In this document: positions 52,252 to 60,712 of the stretch, one piece after another
Layout: every line of letters begins with the position of its first letter
How positions within the stretch are numbered: position 1 is the first letter of the stretch
Made by a program: the position numbers and the translations under genes
Origin: Alloprevotella sp.
GTDB taxonomy: Bacteria; Bacteroidota; Bacteroidia; Bacteroidales; Bacteroidaceae
Reading direction: 5' to 3'
Length of the DNA stretch: 64,000 nucleotides
Assembly (NCBI GenBank): GCA_045632685.1
Contig: JAZQXB010000056.1
Span: 8,738-72,737, forward strand
The notes under the pieces: model-generated
Told to the model about the DNA's origin: nothing
The model's database searches: none
What the model saw: the letters and a program-made list of their open reading frames with translations, nothing else

Positions 52252-54135
52252 ATGCGCTACTTCCATTGCGGTTCTGAACTCTTCAACTACACACCGCGCA
52301 AGTCTCATGAAGTAATGATTGGCAACCGTCCCCTTGGCGGTGGCCACCCCATCCGTATTCAGAGTATGACCACCACTGCCACGACCGACACAGAGGGCAG
52401 TATTGCGCAGTGTCGCGCAATCATTGAGGCGGGAGGCGACTATGTGCGTCTCACTACCCAAGGTACGATTGAGGCACGCGCTCTTGAACCCATCCGCAAG
52501 GCACTCAACGAGGCGGGACTCACGAATCCGCTCGTGGCTGACGTACACTTCAACCCCAATGTGGCTGATGTTGCCGCAACGGTGGTAGAGAAGGTGCGCA
52601 TCAACCCTGGTAATTACGTAGATCCCGCACGTACGTTCAAGTCGTTGGAATATACGGACGAGGAATATGCTGCCGAACTCCAGCGCCTCGAAGAGCGCTT
52701 CACGCGTTTGCTTGACATTTGCCGCGAACACGGAACGGCGCTTCGCATAGGCGTAAACCATGGGTCGCTTTCCGATCGTATCATGTGTCGTTACGGCGAT
52801 ACGCCCGAGGGCATCGTAGAGAGCTGCATGGAGTTCTTGCGCATTTGCGTGAAGCAGAATTTCAAGGATGTTGTGATCTCTATCAAGGCCAGCAATACGG
52901 TAGTCATGGTGCGCAGCATGCGCTTGCTTTGCGCCGTAATGAGTAAGGAGAAGATGACCTTCCCCCTTCACCTCGGCGTGACTGAAGCGGGAGAGGGCGA
53001 AGATGGCAGAATCAAGAGTGCAGCAGGCATTGGCGCGCTTCTTGCTGACGGTATTGGGGACACACTCCGCGTATCGTTGAGCGAGGCTCCCGAATGCGAA
53101 ATCCCCGTTGCTTACAAGTTGGCCTCCTATGTCATTGAGCAGCGCAACAATCACCAACCCATCACGGCACGTGCCTGTGGCGCCTTCGACTGGCTCCATC
53201 CCGAGCGACGCGCCACGATGCCCGTGCGCAACATTGGCGGTACGAACCTCCCCGTTGTGATTTCCTGCCGCTTGGGTGGGGAAGAGGACTACGGAACCGT
53301 CATTCCCGACTACGTCTATTGCGGTGGAGCGCTCCCCAAGAAGCGCATGGATGGCGTTGGGTATATCCTTGACCTCCCTGCATGGAAGGGCGAAGAGGGT
53401 ACGTATCCTGCATTCACGCCTACATCACTTCCCTTCGTGGGCGGATGCCGTGCAGACTTGAAGTTCCTTTTCTTAACTTACACAGGATGTAATGCCGAGG
53501 TAAAAGCCTTCCTGCGTCAGCACCCTGAAGTAGTCATTGTGGCACAAAGTAATCATGCCAACCGCCTTGGCGAGCAGCGTGCGCTCATTCACGAACTCTG
53601 GAGCGAGGGACTTAACCATCCCGTTATTGCCTTCCAGCACTACGCCCTCACGGCACCTCAAATGGAGGACTTCCAAATCCGTGCGGCAGCCGATTGTGGT
53701 GCGCTTCTTTTCGACAATCTTATTGACGGCATCTGCCTCTTCAATAATCCGCCCCAGGGACGCCCAAATATTCCCCTCCAGCGCCAAGATGATACCGCCT
53801 TTGGCATACTCCAGGCGACGCGTCAGCGCACTACGAAGACGGAATATATTTCCTGCCCTGGTTGTGGCCGTACGCTTTACGACCTTCAGGCAACCATTGC
53901 CCGCATCAAGGCAGCAACTGCCCACCTCAAGGGACTCAAAATCGCCATCATGGGGTGTATTGTCAACGGTCCCGGAGAGATGGCGGACGCCGACTATGGT
54001 TATGTGGGTGCAGCCCGAGGCAAGGTCAGCCTTTACCGTGGTAAGCAGTGCGTAGAGAAGAATATTCCCTCGGAAGAGGCGGTAGAAAAACTCTTGCAGT
54101 TGATTGATAGTGACAGAGCGGCTTCGCAGGCATAA
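52252..54135 (+). CDS. ispG: HMBPP synthase (long three-domain type)
   Basis: IQSMT, ADVHF, RINPGN, LHLGVTEAG, SCPGCGR and MGCIVNGPGE motifs. Confidence 0.97.
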   Translation: MRYFHCGSELFNYTPRKSHEVMIGNRPLGGGHPIRIQSMTTTATTDTEGSIAQCRAIIEAGGDYVRLTTQGTIEARALEPIRKALNEAGLTNPLVADVHFNPNVADVAATVVEKVRINPGNYVDPARTFKSLEYTDEEYAAELQRLEERFTRLLDICREHGTALRIGVNHGSLSDRIMCRYGDTPEGIVESCMEFLRICVKQNFKDVVISIKASNTVVMVRSMRLLCAVMSKEKMTFPLHLGVTEAGEGEDGRIKSAAGIGALLADGIGDTLRVSLSEAPECEIPVAYKLASYVIEQRNNHQPITARACGAFDWLHPERRATMPVRNIGGTNLPVVISCRLGGEEDYGTVIPDYVYCGGALPKKRMDGVGYILDLPAWKGEEGTYPAFTPTSLPFVGGCRADLKFLFLTYTGCNAEVKAFLRQHPEVVIVAQSNHANRLGEQRALIHELWSEGLNHPVIAFQHYALTAPQMEDFQIRAAADCGALLFDNLIDGICLFNNPPQGRPNIPLQRQDDTAFGILQATRQRTTKTEYISCPGCGRTLYDLQATIARIKAATAHLKGLKIAIMGCIVNGPGEMADADYGYVGAARGKVSLYRGKQCVEKNIPSEEAVEKLLQLIDSDRAASQA

Positions 54136-54392
54136 TACTTTTGACGCTGAAAAACAGGTATAGGACCTGCTGGAAATTATGTGCCGAATAATTTGAAATA
54201 TCTCACTTATATTTTCAATTAAGTGCCGAATAATTTTCAGTCCTAAACCCCCTCGCAAAAATATTCCACATCTTTTTACGTTTTCCCTCCTCTTAATCAG
54301 AAGAAAAAGCGTAACTTTGTACCGAGGAGGAGTCTCGCCCTTTGGCAATCCTCAAAATAGTAAACAATATTACCCAATTTATTTATAATAAC

Positions 54393-55385
54393 ATGGCATT
54401 CTTAACAGACGAAAAGCTCGTAATCGTTGGTGCAGCTGGTATGATCGGCTCCAACATGGTTCAGTCAGCCCTCATGATGGGCCTCACTTCTAACATCTGC
54501 CTCTTCGACGTGTTCTCACCCGAAGGCGTAGCTGAAGAAATGCGTCAGAGTGGTTTTGACAATGTAAACATCACTGCTACTACTGATGTAAAGGAAGCAT
54601 TCACAGGTGCTAAGTACATCATCTCTTCAGGTGGTGCTCCCCGTAAGGAAGGTATGACTCGCGAAGACCTTCTCGCTGGTAACTGCAAGATTGCTGAAGA
54701 ACTCGGTAAGAACATTAAGGCTTACTGCCCCGATGTGAAGCACGTTGTTATCATCTTTAACCCCGCTGACCTCACTGGTCTCGTAACACTTCTCTACTCA
54801 GGTTTGAAGCCCGGTCAGGTTACAACGCTCGCAGGTCTTGACACTACACGTCTTCAGAGCGCTCTCGCTAAGAAGTTCGGCGTAATGCAGAGCGAAATCA
54901 CTGGTTGCGCAACTTATGGTGGTCACGGCGAACAGATGGCAGTATTTGGTAGCGCAGTAAAGGTTGCTGGCAAGCCCCTTAACGACCTTATCGGTACAGC
55001 AGAATTCCCCGCTGAAGAATGGGAACAGATGAAGAAGGACGTAACTCAGGGTGGTGCTGCTATCATCAAGCTCCGCGGTCGTTCATCATTCCAGAGCCCC
55101 TCTTACCTTTCTGTAGAAATGATTCGTTCAGTAATGGGTGGCGAACCCTTCCGTTTCCCCGCTGGTACTTATGTAAGCAACGAAAAGTACAACCACATCA
55201 TGATGGCTATGGACACTGTTCTCGACAAGAACGGTTGCTCATACAAGATGCCCGTTGGTACTGCTGACGAAATCGCTAAGCTCGATGCTTCTTACGAACA
55301 CCTCTGCAAGATGCGCGACGAACTCGTAACACTCGGCATCGTTCCCGCAATCTCTGAATGGAGTTTTATCAACCCCAACCTCTAA
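54393..55385 (+). CDS. mdh: Malate dehydrogenase
   Basis: VGAAGMIG, PRKEGMTREDL, NP.D and GGHG motifs; promoter TAACTTTG at 54312. Confidence 0.95.
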   Translation: MAFLTDEKLVIVGAAGMIGSNMVQSALMMGLTSNICLFDVFSPEGVAEEMRQSGFDNVNITATTDVKEAFTGAKYIISSGGAPRKEGMTREDLLAGNCKIAEELGKNIKAYCPDVKHVVIIFNPADLTGLVTLLYSGLKPGQVTTLAGLDTTRLQSALAKKFGVMQSEITGCATYGGHGEQMAVFGSAVKVAGKPLNDLIGTAEFPAEEWEQMKKDVTQGGAAIIKLRGRSSFQSPSYLSVEMIRSVMGGEPFRFPAGTYVSNEKYNHIMMAMDTVLDKNGCSYKMPVGTADEIAKLDASYEHLCKMRDELVTLGIVPAISEWSFINPNL

Positions 55386-55410
55386 TCTTTTAATTAGAGC
55401 AGAAACAAAT

Positions 55411-55449
55411 ACTCCGCCCTGCAAGCAATCAGCACTTGCAGGGCGGAGT
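55411..55449. terminator. Hairpin H, copy 1 (mdh terminator)
   Basis: ACTCCGCCCTGCAAG-CAATCAGCA-CTTGCAGGGCGGAGT plus T-rich tail. Confidence 0.88.
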
Positions 55450-55520
55450 TGTTTTTGTAATAAATATTTTGTGCAGAAGATATAAAAACGCTAACTTTGC
55501 CTATGTAGAAGTAATTTAGT

Positions 55521-55856
55521 ATGTCACAAGCATCTATAAAATCTAATCTATTAGCAAAGTTGAAGCAAGAGCACTGCTTTTGGTCTTACAACGAGGATAC
55601 TATCAGCGATATTTCAGATGATATGCTGATAGAGAAAACTTTGCTACATCTTGATTTGGAAGAAATAGACCAATTGTTTCAACTCTATCCCTACCGCAAG
55701 GTAAAGAGAGTGTGGTTAGACCATTTAGTGCCTCAAGAGGAATATCTCTACACCCTCAATCGTTTTCTTGCTTGGTATTACTTCAAAGCAAAATTGCCAG
55801 ACGCTTACATCAAGTCGATGGCAACACGATACTATAACAGATTAGCGGCAATATGA
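55521..55856 (+). CDS. Putative antitoxin (DUF6922-like)
   Basis: FWSY...LIEKTL pattern; ATGA overlap with the AbiEii gene; own promoter TAACTTTG at 55492. Confidence 0.65.
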   Translation: MSQASIKSNLLAKLKQEHCFWSYNEDTISDISDDMLIEKTLLHLDLEEIDQLFQLYPYRKVKRVWLDHLVPQEEYLYTLNRFLAWYYFKAKLPDAYIKSMATRYYNRLAAI

Positions 55857-56503
55857 AAGGTTTAGCACCACATACTCAACGGATTTTCGAAGCAGTAGCT
55901 GCATTAGAATGTATAAAACCCTATTTATTGGTGGGAGGTACAGCGCTCTCTTTGCAAATAGGTACTCGTCAAAGCGAGGACTTGGATTTTATGAAGTGGA
56001 GAACCTCTAAATCCGAGACTCCCGAGGTTGATTGGTTCAACATAGAAAAGGAGTTGAGCACTATAGGTGAAATTCAATCCCGCAATCTTATGGACCTTGA
56101 CCATGTAGAGTTTGTGGTGGAAGGTGTAAAACTATCATTTTATTCTTCACCCAAATACTCTCCAGTCAGCACTTCTGTTCCCTATATTCACAATCTTCGT
56201 TTGGCAGACGTCAAATCTATTGGAGCAATGAAGATGGAAGTAATGTTGCGTCGCAGTAACTTTCGCGACTATTACGACATCTATTCCATATTGAAGACTG
56301 GAATCCCCATCGAAGATTTGATAACTTTGGCACTGGAATATTCTGGGCATCGACTAAAGACAAAAAACCTCTTGGCTATGCTCACAAACGGAAATCGTTT
56401 TTCTCGCGATGCTAATTTTGAGCAGTTATCACCCATATACAAAGTGACTACCCAGGATATAGAGAACTACATTAAGGAAAGTCTATGTCAGATAAAGAAG
56501 TAA
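55853..56503 (+). CDS. Nucleotidyltransferase AbiEii/AbiGii toxin family
   Basis: LVGGTAL...R.SEDLDF and K...R...RDYYD motifs. Confidence 0.92.
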   Translation: MKGLAPHTQRIFEAVAALECIKPYLLVGGTALSLQIGTRQSEDLDFMKWRTSKSETPEVDWFNIEKELSTIGEIQSRNLMDLDHVEFVVEGVKLSFYSSPKYSPVSTSVPYIHNLRLADVKSIGAMKMEVMLRRSNFRDYYDIYSILKTGIPIEDLITLALEYSGHRLKTKNLLAMLTNGNRFSRDANFEQLSPIYKVTTQDIENYIKESLCQIKK

Positions 56504-56652
56504 AAGAATTTATGGATAAACTTGACGCTGGACTTAAATTAGCAGAACAGCGTATGTTAAAAGAAAAATCTCTTCGTGGTGAATCCCTCATTATTTATAC
56601 AGAGGAAAATGGCATTCAGCACGTGTCTCCGCAGCAATTTCTTAATAGTTAA
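56485..56652 (+). CDS. Small 55-aa hypothetical protein (absent from ORF track)
   Basis: MSDKEVKEFMDKLDAGLKLAEQRMLKEKSLRGESLIIYTEENGIQHVSPQQFLNS; overlaps the AbiEii stop and ends just before hairpin H2. Confidence 0.7.
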   Translation: MSDKEVKEFMDKLDAGLKLAEQRMLKEKSLRGESLIIYTEENGIQHVSPQQFLNS

Positions 56653-56670
56653 AAGAATCTTACGATAATC

Positions 56671-56708
56671 ATTCCGCCCTGCAAGCAATCGCACTTGCAG
56701 GGCGGAGT
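56671..56708. terminator. Hairpin H, copy 2
   Basis: ATTCCGCCCTGCAAG-CAATCGCA-CTTGCAGGGCGGAGT. Confidence 0.88.
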
Positions 56709-56776
56709 TTTTTATGTTCTATACTCAACTTTTGTACTCCTAACTATAACGTTAGAACCTCTCAGACTTCCGTGAT

Positions 56777-56893
56777 ATGGAAATAGAATTTGGGATTTTA
56801 ACGGTTTTATGGAAGTAGAAATCCGAAAAATGCCCGTTTTATGGAAATAGAATTGCCGAAAATTGCCGTTTTATGGAAATAGACGTATCTTTG
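56777..56893 (+). promoter_or_regulatory. Four ATGGAARTAGA boxes at exact 32-bp spacing ending at a -7 element (TATCTTTG, 56886)
   Basis: Boxes at 56777, 56809, 56841 and 56873. Confidence 0.75.
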
Positions 56894-56912
56894 TAGGGTA
56901 AAACATGAGATT

Positions 56913-58187
56913 ATGGATATACAAAAGTTACAATCTATAGTAGCAGATCAGCGTGAGGAAATGCTTGCGAATGATTATTCCGAGTATTGTTCACGTCCAG
57001 AAGAATCGCAGTTGGATCTGAATAGCAATCGTGCACAAGTAGTGATTGGGGTTCGACGAAGTGGCAAATCTACGTTGTGTGAAATGTTCCTTAGGCGAAA
57101 GTCTATCAATTTTGCGTATGTAAATTTTGACGATGAGCGTTTGGAAGGACTTCAAACAGATGATTTAGACAATCTGCTTGAAGCCTTATACATGACTTAC
57201 GGAGATTTTAAATATCTATTCTTTGATGAGATCCAGAACGTTGCAGGTTGGCCCTTATTTGTCAACAGATTGTTGCGACAAAAGATTCACCTGTTTATAA
57301 CGGGGTCAAATTCAAAGTTGCTCAGTAATGAGTTGAGCACCCACTTAACTGGGAGGAACAATAAAGTGGAACTTTATCCATTTTCGTTCTCTGAATATTG
57401 CACGATTAAGAACGTAGAGAAGACGTCAGTTTCTACAAAGTCAAAGGCGCTTCGCAAGGTAGCACTTCAGGAATATCTACAACAAGGTGGATTTCCAGAA
57501 CTGCTGAATGAAACAAATCGTCGGGGGTATGTCAACGGATTGATTGACGCGATTATTAAAAATGATATTGCCCACCGCTTTAAAGTGCGTAATATCGAGG
57601 CGCTCAGAAGAATTGCTGCATACCTTGCAGATAATTATTGTCAGGAGTTTGTCGCTAAGACCGTTGGTGAATTGTTTGGAGTCTCAAACCATACTGCAGA
57701 AAATTATTACTCTTACCTCAAGGAAGCGTTTCTACTGGTAGGAATTAACCGTTTTTCCTTCAAGAGCAAGGAGCGCGTGAGAAACGAAAAAGTGTATGTC
57801 ATAGACACCTCCTTTGTTACAGACCGAGAAGATAATTTTTCTTTAGAGAACATGGGTTGGCGATTAGAAAACATTGTATGTATAGAACTTCTTCGTCGCT
57901 ACAAACCCCAATTCTGTGATGTCTTCTACTATAAGGAGGATACTTTCCAAGTGGATTTCCTCGTTGCCAAGGATGGTAATGTGCAAGAGTTGATACAAGT
58001 ATCGTATGATGTATCTAACGAAAAGACTCGAACAAGAGAAATACGCGGTTTGGTGAATGCAGCAAAGAAACTTAAATGCACAAACCTTACCCTCGTCACT
58101 TTTGAAACCAATGAAACCATAGAAGCGGAAGGTTACACAATCAAAGCAATTGCCGCAACAGAATGGTTGCTTATGCAAAGCGTTTAG
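56913..58187 (+). CDS. AAA_14 ATPase with DUF4143 C-terminal domain
   Basis: GVRRSGKS, FFDEIQ, ITGS, LTGR, GGFP, LEN and VDF..LIQV motifs. Confidence 0.9.
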   Translation: MDIQKLQSIVADQREEMLANDYSEYCSRPEESQLDLNSNRAQVVIGVRRSGKSTLCEMFLRRKSINFAYVNFDDERLEGLQTDDLDNLLEALYMTYGDFKYLFFDEIQNVAGWPLFVNRLLRQKIHLFITGSNSKLLSNELSTHLTGRNNKVELYPFSFSEYCTIKNVEKTSVSTKSKALRKVALQEYLQQGGFPELLNETNRRGYVNGLIDAIIKNDIAHRFKVRNIEALRRIAAYLADNYCQEFVAKTVGELFGVSNHTAENYYSYLKEAFLLVGINRFSFKSKERVRNEKVYVIDTSFVTDREDNFSLENMGWRLENIVCIELLRRYKPQFCDVFYYKEDTFQVDFLVAKDGNVQELIQVSYDVSNEKTRTREIRGLVNAAKKLKCTNLTLVTFETNETIEAEGYTIKAIAATEWLLMQSV

Positions 58188-58228
58188 TAACGATTAACGC
58201 CCAACCTCACAATTTTTTGATGTTAAAT

Positions 58229-58266
58229 ATTCCGCCCTGCAAGCAATAGCACTTGCAGGGCGAAGT
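58229..58266. terminator. Hairpin H, copy 3
   Basis: ATTCCGCCCTGCAAG-CAATAGCA-CTTGCAGGGCGAAGT. Confidence 0.85.
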
Positions 58267-58332
58267 TGTTTTGTTTAATCTAAATTAGGATTGTCAGTTA
58301 TTCTTCAATATAGCAAAAACGATAACAAGATT

Positions 58333-59028
58333 TTATTCGGAGTAATCTTCCTCTCCATAATAGATAGGAGAGTATAATACACAATAAGCATCAAGTTTCA
58401 TTTTCGTGCCAATGTAAAAGCCCATATTAGGATTTGAAATCTTAATATTTTTAAAAGTAGCAATCTCGACGTTATTAACTAATAAGAAGAACTTGCCTTG
58501 CTCCTTAACAATGGTGACATCAAACATGTCTTTATCTTTAAGAATAGATTTAAGTTCTTCCGCATACTCCTCATCTTCAAAAAGTCTTTTGTTTGATGCT
58601 CGCTTGTAGGTTCCACGTCTTACAATAGAGAATTCACCTTTTTCACAGACTTGATACAAGAACCCTTTCTTAGAAAAAGTAATCAAAGAATAATTGTCCT
58701 CGTTTTTTAAGTCAAATACAATACCAAAAGGCATATCGTCATCAAGTTCAGAGGGCTTGAAGACATATTCGAAGATGAAATCCTGTGTTTCAGGGTTGAA
58801 GTCGAATTCAGCATACGTAATAACACTCTTTCCCTCTTCTTTAGATTCCAATTGAAGTTTGTGTTTGTCAACAACTACGCTGGCTTTCTTTTCTTTAAAT
58901 TGGGTCCAATAATATTGAGGATCAATTGTAGGCACATATTTAAGTTCATACGAACCTTTGGAGTTGTATTGCGCTGAAACCATCAATGAAACAATCGTCA
59001 ATACAAAGGTTAAAATAATACGATTCAT
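58333..59028 (-). CDS. Secreted hypothetical protein (possible ConA-like beta-sandwich)
   Basis: Signal peptide; FGIVF..NY..F and F.LLVN pattern; AT-rich. Confidence 0.6.
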   Translation of the reverse strand: MNRIILTFVLTIVSLMVSAQYNSKGSYELKYVPTIDPQYYWTQFKEKKASVVVDKHKLQLESKEEGKSVITYAEFDFNPETQDFIFEYVFKPSELDDDMPFGIVFDLKNEDNYSLITFSKKGFLYQVCEKGEFSIVRRGTYKRASNKRLFEDEEYAEELKSILKDKDMFDVTIVKEQGKFFLLVNNVEIATFKNIKISNPNMGFYIGTKMKLDAYCVLYSPIYYGEEDYSE

Positions 59029-59054
59029 AATATAAAAAATATTGTTACTGACTC

Positions 59055-59759
59055 TTATTCTCCACCGCTAACTGTGGTCTGCAATTCTTGAATCATTGGT
59101 TGAAACTGCTTCATTGTACGCTCATACTTTTTGTAGCAATTTGCACCCTCACAATCATTATCTTTAATTTCTGTAGTAATTCGTGCGCGATAGGTTATAA
59201 CATTATCATCAGTAAATGACTTTTTAATTTCCAATCGTGTTCTCACCGTTTCATATCTGAACTTACTTAAAACCCATCCACTCTTAATCCATCCAGCGCT
59301 CTTGTCTCTAACCTCAATATTATCAAAATAACTTGTTACTACGTTCATTAGACGTTTCCAAATAACATCTTCTGATAGATCCTTACGGCAAGTTATATCC
59401 ATCCAAGTGTTGGGTTCTATGCCAGTATCTTCTCCCGAAGAAGAAGCTTCATATGCGTCAGATTTCGGAAGTGTATAAACAACAGTCTTTTTAGGGTTGC
59501 TCTTTAATAAACGATATCTTCGACCAATATACCCTGGGGCATTTACAGAAATAACGTAAAATTCATTATGCTTATCAAATTTAACTTGATACGTACCAGT
59601 TCCAACATGTTGTCCATCAATCCAAATTTGTGCATGTTCAGGAATTGTCTTGATGGTGATTTTCTTAGCAAACAAAGATGTCTTGGTCGCATTTGAGGTT
59701 AAAGGACTTGCGAACATTGCAACGAAACAAATCATTGCTGTTAATAAGTAATTTTTCAT
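59055..59759 (-). CDS. PEGA domain-containing secreted protein
   Basis: Signal peptide; I.TIPEHAQIWIDGQ.VG and PGY motifs. Confidence 0.78.
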   Translation of the reverse strand: MKNYLLTAMICFVAMFASPLTSNATKTSLFAKKITIKTIPEHAQIWIDGQHVGTGTYQVKFDKHNEFYVISVNAPGYIGRRYRLLKSNPKKTVVYTLPKSDAYEASSSGEDTGIEPNTWMDITCRKDLSEDVIWKRLMNVVTSYFDNIEVRDKSAGWIKSGWVLSKFRYETVRTRLEIKKSFTDDNVITYRARITTEIKDNDCEGANCYKKYERTMKQFQPMIQELQTTVSGGE

Positions 59760-59813
59760 GTGTATAAAAATTAACCCTATAGACTCCCCAAATTCAGCGA
59801 TTATTATAGATAC

Positions 59814-60110
59814 AAAAAAGACGTGGGAATCTGTACTTATCGCTTATCCCACTGTCAGGCCTTCGCATTGCCTTTCCCAAGAATAAGCAACGCAGCCAGC
59901 CCACGCCATGATATATTATATACACACTAATGTCGACACGATAAAATCATGCCAACAAAGGGATACAATACACCCAACGTGGACGTTCCGAGTTGCCGTA
60001 TCTTCTTGGGATCAAGTTTGCGAAGTTTGACAGTAGAAGTATACGTTTCGTAACGTCCTTTCGCCACTATTTGTGACTCACCCCGAAAGCCCTTAGGCTG
60101 ACTGAGTTAC
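59814..60110 (-). ncRNA. Putative structured 5' leader / cis-regulatory RNA
   Basis: Five nested complementary blocks and a terminator-like end; promoter TACCTTTG at 60120-60113. Confidence 0.55.
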
Positions 60111-60289
60111 TGCAAAGGTAAGGAAAAGAATTGTATAGAGACGTTACGAACTATAGAATTTTTGAAAATTAAAGCGTTATTCATTTTTTACAACATGTCA
60201 AGAGCGTAGCACGAGAAGTTTCTCATTGCGCTGAAAAGATACAACAGCTCAAATAGGCGTTTCACCCTTTTGTCGTTTTTGAAAAAAGC

Positions 60290-60336
60290 AACACCTGCGT
60301 ATATTTCTGTATAACACAGAGATAAACGCAGGTGTT
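60290..60336. terminator. Hairpin, probable bidirectional terminator
   Basis: AACACCTGCGT...ACGCAGGTGTT flanked by A and T runs. Confidence 0.7.
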
Positions 60337-60549
60337 TTTTTACAAAATATAGCAGTATAAAATGGCGTTAGAACTATTGTAGAAGTTATATAATTACCAT
60401 TGCAGATGTAGGGTGTAAGTATAATCTTGATAATAAGGAGAATAGCGCTTGTTTTTCACATAATCCGCCTTAAAATCGCTCTTAATTTCACAATTTCCTA
60501 CCTATATTCGAACTATAGTTTCACATTTCCCCGATTTTTATTACGTTTG

Positions 60550-60645
60550 ATTTGCAAAAATCCAAACAAATAAATCGCCTGAATTTGCAAAAATCCAAAC
60601 AAATAAATTGCCTGAATTTGCAAAAATCCAAACAAATAAATTGCA
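60550..60645. repeat. 33-bp tandem repeat x3
   Basis: ATTTGCAAAAATCCAAACAAATAAATYGCCTGA at 60550, 60583 and 60616. Confidence 0.92.
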
Positions 60646-60712
60646 GGGATATGATAGGGGTGGTCTTTATAGACGCAAGTTCTATGATATTATAGTAATG
60701 ATTCGCAGCACC

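Noticed and set aside
56777..56884. Possible mini-CRISPR
   Set aside because: The conserved box is only 11-16 bp, the linkers resemble each other, and the 32-bp period is too short.
55450..60700. Prophage, ICE or classical integron
   Set aside because: No integrase, relaxase or structural genes. The hairpins lack attC RYYYAAC/GTTRRRY ends and the modules carry their own promoters.
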